Origin: a bacterium
Lineage (GTDB): Bacteria; Bacillota_I; Bacilli_A; RF39; UBA660
Reading direction: 5' to 3'
DNA length: 64,000 nucleotides
Assembly (NCBI GenBank): GCA_029100545.1
Contig: JAQXPH010000016.1
Coordinates: 10,008-74,007 of the forward strand
The notes under the pieces were generated by a model, which saw only the letters and a list, made by a program, of their open reading frames with translations, had not been told where the DNA came from and did not search any database. The position numbers and the translations under genes were made by a program. Positions 20,301 to 28,840 of the stretch are shown piece by piece. Numbering within the stretch: position 1 is the stretch's first letter; every line of letters begins with the position of its first letter.

Positions 20301-21152
20301 ATGAAAGTTTCATATTCTTGGGAAGATTATAAAATTATTAAAGCAAGTAATGGACTTAAACTTGAAAAATGGAAAGATATTACATTGCTAAGACCAGATC
20401 CAATAGTTATTTGGAACAATGGTAATTTAAAAAATGAAAAATATGATGCAATATATCATCGTTCAAGTTCTGGTGGCGGTTATTGGGAAAATATTAATAA
20501 TATTCCTAGTTTATGGCAAGTAAAATATAAAAATTTAACATTTAATATAAAACAAATGGGTTTTAAGCATACAGGTCTTTTTCCTGAACAAGCTGTAAAT
20601 TGGGATAGAATGATTGATAAGATAAAAAATTCTCAAAAAGAGATAAAAGTATTAAATTTATTTGCTTATACAGGAGGAGCAACTGTAGCATGTTTATCTG
20701 CAGGAGCAAGTGTTACACACGTTGATTCTTCAAAAGGAATGAATGAATGGGCTAAAGAAAATGTTAAATCTTCTGGACTTGAAAATAAAAGTGTCCGTTT
20801 TCTAGTGGATGATGTAGTAAAATTTGTAGAAAGAGAAATAAGAAGGAATAATAAATACGATGCAATTATAATGGATCCACCAAGTTATGGAAGGGGTAGT
20901 AATAAGGAAGTTTGGTCAATTGAAAAAGATTTAGATAATTTATTAAGCCTAAGCACAAAAATTTTAAATGATGATTTTTTATTTGTATGTGTAAATACTT
21001 ATACAACTAATTTATCACTTCTTACTTTAGAAAATTTATTAAAGGTGCATTTTAAAAGTTCAAAAATTGAAGTTGATGAAATTGCTTTACCTATCGAGAA
21101 TACTAGTTTATTTTTACCTTGTGGTATAACTGGATGGATTACAAATGACTAG
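20301..21152 (+). CDS. Class I SAM-dependent methyltransferase (RlmI/YwbD-like rRNA methyltransferase)
   Basis: SAM-binding motif I VLNLFAYTGGATVACLSAGA; motif IV DAIIMDPPS. Confidence 0.65.
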   Translation: MKVSYSWEDYKIIKASNGLKLEKWKDITLLRPDPIVIWNNGNLKNEKYDAIYHRSSSGGGYWENINNIPSLWQVKYKNLTFNIKQMGFKHTGLFPEQAVNWDRMIDKIKNSQKEIKVLNLFAYTGGATVACLSAGASVTHVDSSKGMNEWAKENVKSSGLENKSVRFLVDDVVKFVEREIRRNNKYDAIIMDPPSYGRGSNKEVWSIEKDLDNLLSLSTKILNDDFLFVCVNTYTTNLSLLTLENLLKVHFKSSKIEVDEIALPIENTSLFLPCGITGWITND

Positions 21153-21792
21153 ATTAGTTATTTTATATGAAGATAATCACATAATTGTAGTGTATAAATT
21201 TCCTGGTGTTTTATCGCAAAGTGATAATACAAAAGATTTAGATATGCATACAATTATTAAAATGTATTTAAAAGATAGATATCATAAACCAGGAAATGTT
21301 TATTTAGGTCTTGTTCATAGATTAGATCGTCCTACTAAAGGAATAATGGTATTTGCTAAAACATCTAAAGCAGCATCAAGACTTTCTGAGCAAATTAGAA
21401 ATGGTCAAATGCACAAAAAATATTATGCAGTAGTAGATGACATACTAAAAGAAAAAGAAGGCATATTAGAAAATAAAATAGAAAAACTTGATAATAAAAA
21501 GGTATTAATTGATACTCCAAATGGTAAAGAAGCAAAGCTAAAATACAAAGTTATAAAAGAAAAAGATAATTTATCTTTAGTGGACATTACTCTTTTAACA
21601 GGAAGGTATCATCAAATAAGACTTCAGTTTTCTTCAATTAAGCATCCATTATATGGTGATGCATTATATGGTAGTAAACATAAAGGTGATCTTACACTTA
21701 TTTCATATAGTTTATCTTTTATTCATCCAATTACTAAAGAGAAAATGCTTTTTGAAATTGTGCTAAATAGTCAAATTATGACAAATTTTTAA
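21145..21792 (+). CDS. RluA-family pseudouridine synthase
   Basis: Catalytic motif HRLDRPTKGIMVFAKT. Overlaps the upstream methyltransferase gene. Confidence 0.8.
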   Translation: MTRLVILYEDNHIIVVYKFPGVLSQSDNTKDLDMHTIIKMYLKDRYHKPGNVYLGLVHRLDRPTKGIMVFAKTSKAASRLSEQIRNGQMHKKYYAVVDDILKEKEGILENKIEKLDNKKVLIDTPNGKEAKLKYKVIKEKDNLSLVDITLLTGRYHQIRLQFSSIKHPLYGDALYGSKHKGDLTLISYSLSFIHPITKEKMLFEIVLNSQIMTNF

Positions 21793-21849
21793 AAAAACGG
21801 CAATAAAAGTTTACATATAGTAAATTAATGCTTTGTTTTTAATTTTTTG

Positions 21850-22953
21850 ATGTACAATAAAGTTATGGAAGAAGTAGATTTAGAAAAAGTAGGGAGTTTT
21901 ATTGCAAAACTAAGAAAAGAAAAGGGAATGACTCAGGAAGATCTTGCTCAGCACTTAATGGTATCTGATAAAGCAGTATCAAAATGGGAAGGTGGGAAAA
22001 ATTTACCAGATATTGAATGTCAAAGAAAAATATGCAAATTATTTAACATTTCGATGGAAGAATTACATAATGGAGAAAGAAATGTTAAAGAAAGAATAAG
22101 AAAACAAAAATTATTTAAACGATATAAAATATTTAAAATATTATTACTTTCATTAATACCTATTTTTGTATTTTTATTTTCATATTTTATTATTAATTTT
22201 AGATCTATTAAATTATATTATTCTAGAGATATAAGAAATGGTGACAATGATATTGTATTTGTTGATGCAATGATTTTAAAAAATAATAAAAAAATATTTA
22301 TGCTTTTAAATGACATAACTTTAGTTGATTATGAAATACAAGCAACAGATTTTACTACCTTAAATATTTACTCAAATAATAATATAATTTATACAACAAG
22401 TGATATTAGAAATGAGATTTTATTTTATAAAAAAAATCAAGAAATGGATTTGAATAATATAAAAATTGAAATAATAATAACGACAATTGATGAAAAGGTA
22501 AAAAAATATTCAAGCAAATTAAATTTACATGAAGTTAATTTTTATAATAGGGATATTTATACAAATGATTCAAATAATAATCATCAATTACTTACCAAAA
22601 GTGAAATAATTAAAAAACTTGAGAATAATAATTTTATAAAAAAAGACAATAATGTTTATCAAAAAAGTGTTATTACAGAAAAAGGAAATGTTACTATTAA
22701 ATATAATATTAATTTTCAAACAGTAAATATTCATTATGATTATAACGAATATGCCATAAAAATATCAGCCTATTATGATAGTAATAAGTTTAAAGCAGTT
22801 GTGTATAATAAAGATAATTTAAATATTGCAATTGAAAAATATTATTATGATTATATAAATAAAGAATTTAACTGTGAATTTGGTGAATGTACAACTTTTA
22901 AAAAAGTCCATAATTTAGTAGAAAAATATGTAACTCTACCAGAGGTAGAATAA
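21850..22953 (+). CDS. XRE-family HTH regulator with a transmembrane segment and a C-terminal extracytoplasmic domain
   Basis: MTQEDLAQHLMVSDKAVSKWEGGKNLPD (Cro/C1-type HTH), then a TM helix (IFKILLLSLIPIFVFLFSYFIINF) and about 240 aa C-terminal. Confidence 0.65.
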   Translation: MYNKVMEEVDLEKVGSFIAKLRKEKGMTQEDLAQHLMVSDKAVSKWEGGKNLPDIECQRKICKLFNISMEELHNGERNVKERIRKQKLFKRYKIFKILLLSLIPIFVFLFSYFIINFRSIKLYYSRDIRNGDNDIVFVDAMILKNNKKIFMLLNDITLVDYEIQATDFTTLNIYSNNNIIYTTSDIRNEILFYKKNQEMDLNNIKIEIIITTIDEKVKKYSSKLNLHEVNFYNRDIYTNDSNNNHQLLTKSEIIKKLENNNFIKKDNNVYQKSVITEKGNVTIKYNINFQTVNIHYDYNEYAIKISAYYDSNKFKAVVYNKDNLNIAIEKYYYDYINKEFNCEFGECTTFKKVHNLVEKYVTLPEVE

Positions 22954-23023
22954 AGTTCTACTTTATCTAGGTTGCCAAAAATTGCCAATTTATGATATGT
23001 TTTTCTCGGAAAGGAGGAAAGTA

Positions 23024-23908
23024 TTGAAAAAAAGATTTGTTGTTATTATACTTCTTATGATTTTATTTATACCATTTATAGTTAGTGCTGATGAACTGGA
23101 AAGTGATATGACAGTTCTACCAGTTTATACTAATAAATTAGGTGTAAATTTTTCACAGGAAGATTATAATTTAATAACAAAAATATATGGTGATGGCTAT
23201 ATTGATTATATGACGCAAGAAAAATATCAAGCATTTAAAAATCGTAATCTTAGTATGGATGATATTGTCAGTTACAGTCAAACAAAGAAATATTTTAAAA
23301 CTATAATTAATAATGTAACTAACGAAATTACAACTACAGAAGTATCAGAACAAGAATATACTAATTATAATCAAGAAAATAGAAGTTTAAATCCCTTTGT
23401 TGAAACAGAATATAAATATATGCAACTAAGTTTAGCAGCTTATACAGATGGTTATGGTGATGTTTCTTTAGGACTTATTTGGAAAAAGATTCCTGCGACA
23501 AGATCATTTGATGTTTTAGCAATTAGACTTATTGCTATTGAAGTTATTAATGGCTCACAAGAAGGAAGACAAGCTTATGAAATTAATGGTACAGCAAATT
23601 ATGTCGATTATGCTTGGAATGGAACAAATATAAATGATCTTGATAATGGTTTTGGAATATCCATGAATTTGATTAATTCAACTGATGTAAATTACTTTCA
23701 AATGAATATTTCAGCGGCTATAAGAGTAACTAATCCTAATGCAGCGCCAACAGCTTATGGTTCTTATCAACATGCGTGTAGTTCAGTTACTTTAGCACAA
23801 TCTAAAAACTACACATTATCATCAGCAGGATTAGGAAACGTAATACACTGGCCATCAAATATTGCGTCAAAGTATGATGGTATGCCAGGATTAGCAGCCT
23901 ATATTTAA
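23024..23908 (+). CDS. Secreted hypothetical protein (signal peptide)
   Basis: Strong Shine-Dalgarno GGAAAGGAGGAAAG then a TTG start at 23024 giving MKKRFVVIILLMILFIPFIVSA/DELES. The ORF-track start at 22982 is also TTG but has no Shine-Dalgarno. Confidence 0.5.
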   Translation: MKKRFVVIILLMILFIPFIVSADELESDMTVLPVYTNKLGVNFSQEDYNLITKIYGDGYIDYMTQEKYQAFKNRNLSMDDIVSYSQTKKYFKTIINNVTNEITTTEVSEQEYTNYNQENRSLNPFVETEYKYMQLSLAAYTDGYGDVSLGLIWKKIPATRSFDVLAIRLIAIEVINGSQEGRQAYEINGTANYVDYAWNGTNINDLDNGFGISMNLINSTDVNYFQMNISAAIRVTNPNAAPTAYGSYQHACSSVTLAQSKNYTLSSAGLGNVIHWPSNIASKYDGMPGLAAYI

Positions 23909-23982
23909 CAAATCTAAAATAACATTTTAAATTACAACATAGAAAATATTTTAGATATTACATCTTAGATAAAACAAAAATT

Positions 23983-24113
23983 CAACATAGATTTTGCAAA
24001 AAATATTGAAATTTATAAAACAACGTAGATTTTACAAAAAAATATCACAATTCACAAATCAACAAAGATTTTGCAAAATTAATTTACTGATGTACAACTA
24101 GATTTTACAGTAT
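23983..24113. repeat. Array of four about 19-bp direct repeats, CAAC-N-(A/T)AGATTTT(G/A)CAAAA, at about 40-bp spacing. Contains the palindrome TTTTGCAAAA
   Basis: Units begin at 23983 (caacatagattttgcaaaa), 24022 (caacgtagattttacaaaa), 24062 (caacaaagattttgcaaaa) and 24095 (caactagattttacag). A degenerate copy sits at 23936. The last unit abuts a TATAAT at 24110-24115. Confidence 0.7.
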
Positions 24114-24315
24114 AATCCATAATATACACTTAACTATCTTCTTTTGAATTAACTTTAAAATGTTGAAATATACATAAAATTATGAATGCTAGTGATTAAA
24201 TTAATAAAAAAAAATATATGAGAAATATACAACATTACACGCTATTTAATTTAATCATTTTACTAGCAATATATATTATTTTAAAATAAAAGTAAAAGAA
24301 ACAGTTAAAAACCGA

Positions 24316-24344
24316 TTGACATTTGAGGAATTATTTACTATAAT
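24316..24344 (+). promoter_or_regulatory. Consensus sigma-A promoter for tRNA-Asn
   Basis: TTGACA (24316-24321), 17-nt spacer, TATAAT (24339-24344), 20 nt upstream of the tRNA 5' end. Confidence 0.7.
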
Positions 24345-24364
24345 TTTATTTGTAGCAAGGAAAT

Positions 24365-24440
24365 GCCCAATTAGCTCAGTCGGTAGAGCGCACGGCTGTT
24401 AACCGTTAGGTCGTAGGTTCGAGTCCTACATTGGGCGCCA
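24365..24440 (+). tRNA. tRNA-Asn (anticodon GTT), CCA encoded
   Basis: Acceptor stem GCCCAAT/ATTGGGC; D-arm AGCTCAGTCGGTAGAGC; anticodon loop CTGTTAA; T-arm GGTTCGAGTCC; ends GCCA. Confidence 0.9.
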
Positions 24441-24478
24441 ATTTGTTGTTTATAACACAAAATTTATCATCTACATAT

Positions 24479-24512
24479 GCTCAGAAGGTGTGAAAACACC
24501 TTCTTTTTATTA
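24479..24512 (+). terminator. Rho-independent terminator after tRNA-Asn
   Basis: gaaggtgt-gaaa-acaccttc hairpin followed by a TTTTTATT run. Confidence 0.7.
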
Positions 24513-24579
24513 TTTGAAAATATTACTTTTAAAAAAAATAATATAATGTTATACTAGTAATTGAAAGGTGTTTTTTAAT

Positions 24580-25497
24580 ATGAATGATAAAATAAGTATG
24601 ATTGAACGTTATGGTGATGATTTAACAAAAAAAGAATATATTACAGATCCTGCTATTGCAAGAGATAAAGAAATAAAAGATTGTATATTAATTTTACTTA
24701 CTCCTGAAAAAAGTGCTCTTTTAGTAGGTAAGGCTGGTATTGGTAAAACAGCCATAGTTGAGGGAATAGCTTATCGTATTCAAAAAGGAATGGTGCCTAA
24801 TGCATTAATTGGTTGGTCAATAATAAAAATAAATATAACTAGTTTAATGGGTGAAACTCAAAGTGAAGGACAAATTGAAAATCGTATTGATTTACTTGTT
24901 CAAGAACTTGCACAAAGACCTAAAACAATTTTATTTATTGATGAAACTCATCTTCTTGTAAATAGACAAGGTGGATTAGATTTTGCAAATATGTTAAAAT
25001 CTGGTCTTGATCGAGGAACAATTAAAATGATTGGTGCTACAACTACAGAAGAATATGAAGCATACATATTAAGAGATCGTGCTTTTTTACGACGTTTTCA
25101 GAAAGTTGATGTTTTTGAAGCATCTCAAGATGATTGTGTAAAAATTTTAATGGGAACATACCCAAAACTTGAAAAACAAATTGGTGTAAAATTAAATTAT
25201 ACTTCATTTATAATTGAAAAAATTATGCGTTTTATTGTTGAAATGACAGATGAATATAAAAGAATATATGAAATATCAAATAGATATCCAGACATATGTT
25301 TAACAATTATTTCTAATGCATTTACTTATGCTTTATATGATAATAGTAATATAGTGACAATTAAACATTTTTATAAAGCAGTTTGCAATGCTAGAAGTAT
25401 ATATCCAGATGCACTTATTAAAGAAAAACAAAGATTTATTACAGTATTTAATGATATGTTAAAAAATGAAAATGTTGACTTAAATGATACAAAATAG
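24580..25497 (+). CDS. Orphan Clp/Hsp100 D1-type AAA+ ATPase domain protein (about 305 aa, no N-domain, M-domain or D2)
   Basis: [48 protein letters not shown]..., [38 protein letters not shown] all line up with ClpA/ClpB D1 motifs (Walker A, Walker B, sensor, arginine finger). The ORF ends at the end of the D1 small domain. Confidence 0.6.
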   Translation: MNDKISMIERYGDDLTKKEYITDPAIARDKEIKDCILILLTPEKSALLVGKAGIGKTAIVEGIAYRIQKGMVPNALIGWSIIKINITSLMGETQSEGQIENRIDLLVQELAQRPKTILFIDETHLLVNRQGGLDFANMLKSGLDRGTIKMIGATTTEEYEAYILRDRAFLRRFQKVDVFEASQDDCVKILMGTYPKLEKQIGVKLNYTSFIIEKIMRFIVEMTDEYKRIYEISNRYPDICLTIISNAFTYALYDNSNIVTIKHFYKAVCNARSIYPDALIKEKQRFITVFNDMLKNENVDLNDTK

Positions 25498-25566
25498 TTG
25501 CATTTTTTAAATAAATAGTGTATATTATAAATGAGCACGAAAAAGTGTTTTTTTATTGGAGGAAAA

Positions 25567-25800
25567 ATGGCAATAAAAGAAAAAAATAAGAAAGTTAATA
25601 AAACAAAAAATGAAAAGCCAAAAGTAAAAAAAGAAAATTATTTTAAAGGTGTAATTAAAGAAATGAAACTTGTTAAATGGCCAACACCTAAAGAAGCTCT
25701 TAAATATACGATTGCAACACTCGCATTATGTGTCATTATATGTGGATTTTTCTTATTACTTAATTTATTATTATCTATAATAAAAGGATGGTTTGTATAA
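25567..25800 (+). CDS. secE: Preprotein translocase subunit SecE
   Basis: Lys-rich N-terminus, then EMKLVKWPTPKEALKYTIATLALCVIICGFFLLLN (the conserved SecE C-terminal TM). GGAGGAAAA Shine-Dalgarno before the ATG at 25567. Directly precedes nusG. Confidence 0.75.
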   Translation: MAIKEKNKKVNKTKNEKPKVKKENYFKGVIKEMKLVKWPTPKEALKYTIATLALCVIICGFFLLLNLLLSIIKGWFV

Positions 25801-25801
25801 T

Positions 25802-26344
25802 ATGGAAGAAAATCAAAAACAATGGTATGTAGTAAATACATATTCTGGTCATGAATTAGCAGTTAAAGAAAAACTTGAAATGCGTACTGAATCAATGGGT
25901 ATGCAAGATTACATTTTTAGAGTAATTATTCCTGAAACTACTGAGGTTGAAGTAAAAGATGGCGTAAAAAAGGAAAAAGTAAAAAAAATGTTTCCAGGTT
26001 ATGTATTAGTTGAAATGATTATGACTGATGAAGCATGGTATATTGTACGTAATACTCCAGGAGTAACTGGCTTTATTGGTTCAAGTGGAAAAGGAGCAAA
26101 ACCAACACCTTTATTACCTCAAGAAATTGATAGAATCTTAGCATCAATGGGTATGAGTCGTGTAAATATTGATTCAGAAATGAAAGTTGGAGATGTAGTT
26201 AGTATTATAGATGGTCCATTTAAAGGTATGTCTGGAAAAATTGATACTATTGACAGTGAAAATAATCGTTTGACAATTATCATTGACTTATTTGGTCAAG
26301 AGACATCTGTAGATGTAGAAAATTATCAAGTTAGTAAATATTAA
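25802..26344 (+). CDS. nusG: Transcription termination/antitermination factor NusG
   Basis: WYVVNTYSGHE...MFPGYVLVEM (NGN domain) and a C-terminal KOW (GDVVSIIDGPFKGMSGKI). Confidence 0.9.
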   Translation: MEENQKQWYVVNTYSGHELAVKEKLEMRTESMGMQDYIFRVIIPETTEVEVKDGVKKEKVKKMFPGYVLVEMIMTDEAWYIVRNTPGVTGFIGSSGKGAKPTPLLPQEIDRILASMGMSRVNIDSEMKVGDVVSIIDGPFKGMSGKIDTIDSENNRLTIIIDLFGQETSVDVENYQVSKY

Positions 26345-26349
26345 AACAA

Positions 26350-26385
26350 AAAATTAATCGCTTTTGATTAATTTTTTTTCTATTT
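26350..26385. terminator. Bidirectional intrinsic terminator between nusG and the convergent ABC permease gene
   Basis: aaaaattaatcgcttttgattaatttttttt hairpin with A/T runs on both sides. Confidence 0.6.
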
Positions 26386-27148
26386 TAGAAATAATAAAGT
26401 ATAGTAAGTAAGATATAATAATTAAAATAAATATTGATGCCATTACAAGATCTAAATTAAATACTTGAGTCCCATAAATAATTAAATATCCTAAACCTTT
26501 TTTACTTACTAAAAATTCTCCAGTAATTATTCCTATCAAAGTTAAAGAAATATTTAATTTTAAACTAGAAATAATTGTATTATAAGAACTAGGAATAACT
26601 AATTTAAATAGTATATCTTTTTTCGTGGCATTAAATGTTTTAAACATTTTTAATTTAATTTGGTCAGTATTTAAAAAACCATTATATATTGTCATCATAC
26701 TAACAATTAAGTTAATAAGTAATGCCATAATTATTATACTTTTTGTATTGGCCCCGAAAATTATTATTATAATTGGTCCTAATGCTACTTTAGGAAGTGC
26801 ATTTAAAATAGTTAAAAATGGTTCAAATATTTTAGCTATAAAAGGATATTCGTAAAAAATAACCGCTATTAAAAAACCTAAAATTATACCTAAAATAAAT
26901 GCAATTAATACTTCATATAAAGTAGTAAAAATATGTGGAAATAGATTATTTGTAATTATAAGATTTTCAATTGTTTTAATCATTTGTGAAGGGCTTGAAT
27001 AAATAAATGAGTTTAATATTTCTTTTTTAGTGAGTATTTCCCAACTGAGAAATAAAATTATTATTAAAGATATTTGAATTATTTTAATAATTATATTTTC
27101 TTTCTTCTTTTTCCTTAAAAATTTTTTTTGATTTTCAGATTGATACAT
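26354..27148 (-). CDS. ABC transporter permease, NitT/TauT (SsuC/TauC-like) family
   Basis: Six TM segments; EAA-like loop region (LNALPKVALGPIIIIIFG). Start overlaps the 3' end of the ATPase gene fragment. Confidence 0.75.
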   Translation of the reverse strand: MYQSENQKKFLRKKKKENIIIKIIQISLIIILFLSWEILTKKEILNSFIYSSPSQMIKTIENLIITNNLFPHIFTTLYEVLIAFILGIILGFLIAVIFYEYPFIAKIFEPFLTILNALPKVALGPIIIIIFGANTKSIIIMALLINLIVSMMTIYNGFLNTDQIKLKMFKTFNATKKDILFKLVIPSSYNTIISSLKLNISLTLIGIITGEFLVSKKGLGYLIIYGTQVFNLDLVMASIFILIIISYLLYFIISKIEKKLIKSD

Positions 27149-27476
27149 CCAAATCCCTCCATATCATATCATAATATGTAGAAAATTCTTTACATTTACG
27201 ATTGTTAATTGGTGATGTTTTATTTTCCATTTCAATATTATATATTTTCTTTATATGAGATGGCCTTTTTGAGCAAACAATAATTTTATCACTCAATGAA
27301 ATTGCTTCGGCAATATCATGCGTAATCATAATAACTGTTTTTTTTTCGTTTTTTATTATATTATATACATCATCTGAAACTTTTAATCTTGATTGATAAT
27401 CTAATGCAGAAAATGGCTCATCTAATAGAAGAATATCTGGTTTAATTGCTAGTGTTCTGATTAAAGCAACTCTTTG
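27135..27476 (-). pseudogene. 3' portion of an ssuB/tauB-like ABC ATPase gene cut by the integrative element (Walker B and H-loop half)
   Basis: Reverse-strand reading of 27330-27476 gives ...QRVALIRTLAIKPDILLLDEPFSALDYQSRLKVSDDVYNIIKNEKKTVIMITHDIAEAI... with no start. It is continuous in sequence logic with the 5' fragment that ends ...LSGGMKQRVA. Confidence 0.8.
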
Positions 27477-27562
27477 AATACAGTAAAGACACTAATGCCT
27501 TATCAAAGCCTTAAAAAATAAGGCTTTTTAAATTTTTGTTTTTTTACGTTTAACTTGGATTT

Positions 27563-27802
27563 TTAAGATTTTTTTAAAATTTTATTTATTTTATTCTTTA
27601 TCCATTCTTCCAAATATCCCATTGCTCTCCAACAACATATTGCTCTTTCTAAACCAAGTGATGGATTAAATAATTCATTAATTCTTTCACTACCTAATTT
27701 AGCAAGCCAATCTTTTATTTCATTATTACCATTACTATTAATTAGATTATATAAATCTTCTTCAGTTAATGATTTTAAATCATCTATATTAGTTATTATT
27801 TC
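27563..27802 (-). other. 79-codon open frame with no start codon, overlapping the 3' end of the RhuM-Doc gene in the +1 frame. Either a C-terminal extension reached by frameshift or a gene remnant
   Basis: Reads EIITNIDDLKSLTEEDLYNLINSNGNNEIKDWLAKLGSERINELFNPSLGLERAICCWRAMGYLEEWIKNKINKILKKS; no ATG/GTG/TTG until codon 61. Confidence 0.3.
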
Positions 27803-28730
27803 TTAAAAAATTCATTACTAAATCAATTAGTATATCCTTTTCTTTCGGATTAGACTGTGCTATAAGTAGTGTGATTGCAACAAGTGTATTATTGTCAATA
27901 ACCTGTTCGTTTTCTTTATATAGAATATTATAGAATTCTAGGAAATATATGAATAATGTTGCAGCAATTCTTTTATTACCATCTATAAAAGTATGATTTT
28001 TAGTAATTAAATACAAGAAATTGGCTGCTTTTTCCTCTGTTGTAGGGTATAAGTCTTTTCCATCAAAAGATTGATATATATTACCGATAATAGCTTTTAA
28101 ACCTTTATCTCTTTCTAATGCAAATAAATCACTATTGCTATTAAATTTTAATTTACTTATAATATCCATACAATCTTCATATACAATTTTATTATTGTTA
28201 ATAGTTCCACTTGGTTTAGTTATTCTTTTATGGTCATAATCATCAAGTAAATTTAAAGCATTTGAATAATAATTTATAACTTTTATAATTTCTTGAGCTT
28301 CACTACCTTTTAATTCTGTATCAATTCTACCAGCTATATTTATTAATTTAATAGTCTTTTCAAGATATTCTAATCTTTTTTGATTAACTGCATAACCTTT
28401 AATCATGTAATCTTTTAAAACTTTTGTAGCCCATTTTCTAAAAATAACACCATTTTTACTTTTAACACGATAACCAATACTAATTACCATATCTAAATTA
28501 TAGTAATCAACTTGATAAGTTTTACCATCTTTGGCAGTTGTTGCAAAATTTGCAACAACTGAATTATCCACTTCTTCTTCAAGTGCATTTTTTATATGCC
28601 TGGAAATAACAGATTTATCTCTACCAAATAATTTTGCCATTTGATCTAGAGACAACCATACTGTTTCATCTTTCATATTTACTTCTAATTTTACATTTTG
28701 ATTTTCAAATAATATAATTTCATTTTTCAT
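27789..28730 (-). CDS. RhuM-family N-terminal domain fused to a Doc-type Fic domain (Fic/DOC family protein)
   Basis: N-terminus KNEIILFENQNVKLEVNMKDETVWLSLDQMAKLFGRDKSVISRHIKN is RhuM-like. C-terminus KNHTFIDGNKRIAATLFIYFLEF matches the Doc active-site motif H-x-F-x-D-G-N-K-R (P1 Doc: NHPFIDGNKRTA). Confidence 0.75.
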   Translation of the reverse strand: MKNEIILFENQNVKLEVNMKDETVWLSLDQMAKLFGRDKSVISRHIKNALEEEVDNSVVANFATTAKDGKTYQVDYYNLDMVISIGYRVKSKNGVIFRKWATKVLKDYMIKGYAVNQKRLEYLEKTIKLINIAGRIDTELKGSEAQEIIKVINYYSNALNLLDDYDHKRITKPSGTINNNKIVYEDCMDIISKLKFNSNSDLFALERDKGLKAIIGNIYQSFDGKDLYPTTEEKAANFLYLITKNHTFIDGNKRIAATLFIYFLEFYNILYKENEQVIDNNTLVAITLLIAQSNPKEKDILIDLVMNFLRNNN

Positions 28731-28840
28731 TAATTATCACATCCTTTACTATGAATTTATATAAAAGGTTTAGAAGTACACCTTTCACTTATATTATTGT
28801 AAAAAACTTTTAAATTTCCTTTTGTTTTTCAAAATTTTTT

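Noticed and set aside
25638-25841. 67-aa minus-strand ORF overlapping secE/nusG
   Set aside because: Antisense to two highly conserved genes; no support.
26625-26855. 76-aa ORF on the plus strand inside the ABC permease gene
   Set aside because: Antisense to a well-supported six-TM permease ORF; hydrophobic antisense artefact of AT-rich membrane-protein coding sequence.
27480-27545. Hairpin aagcctta-aaaaaa-taaggctt with flanking T/A runs inside the element's right end, considered as a possible small RNA
   Set aside because: More simply explained as a bidirectional intrinsic terminator closing the element's gene cassette just inside attR.
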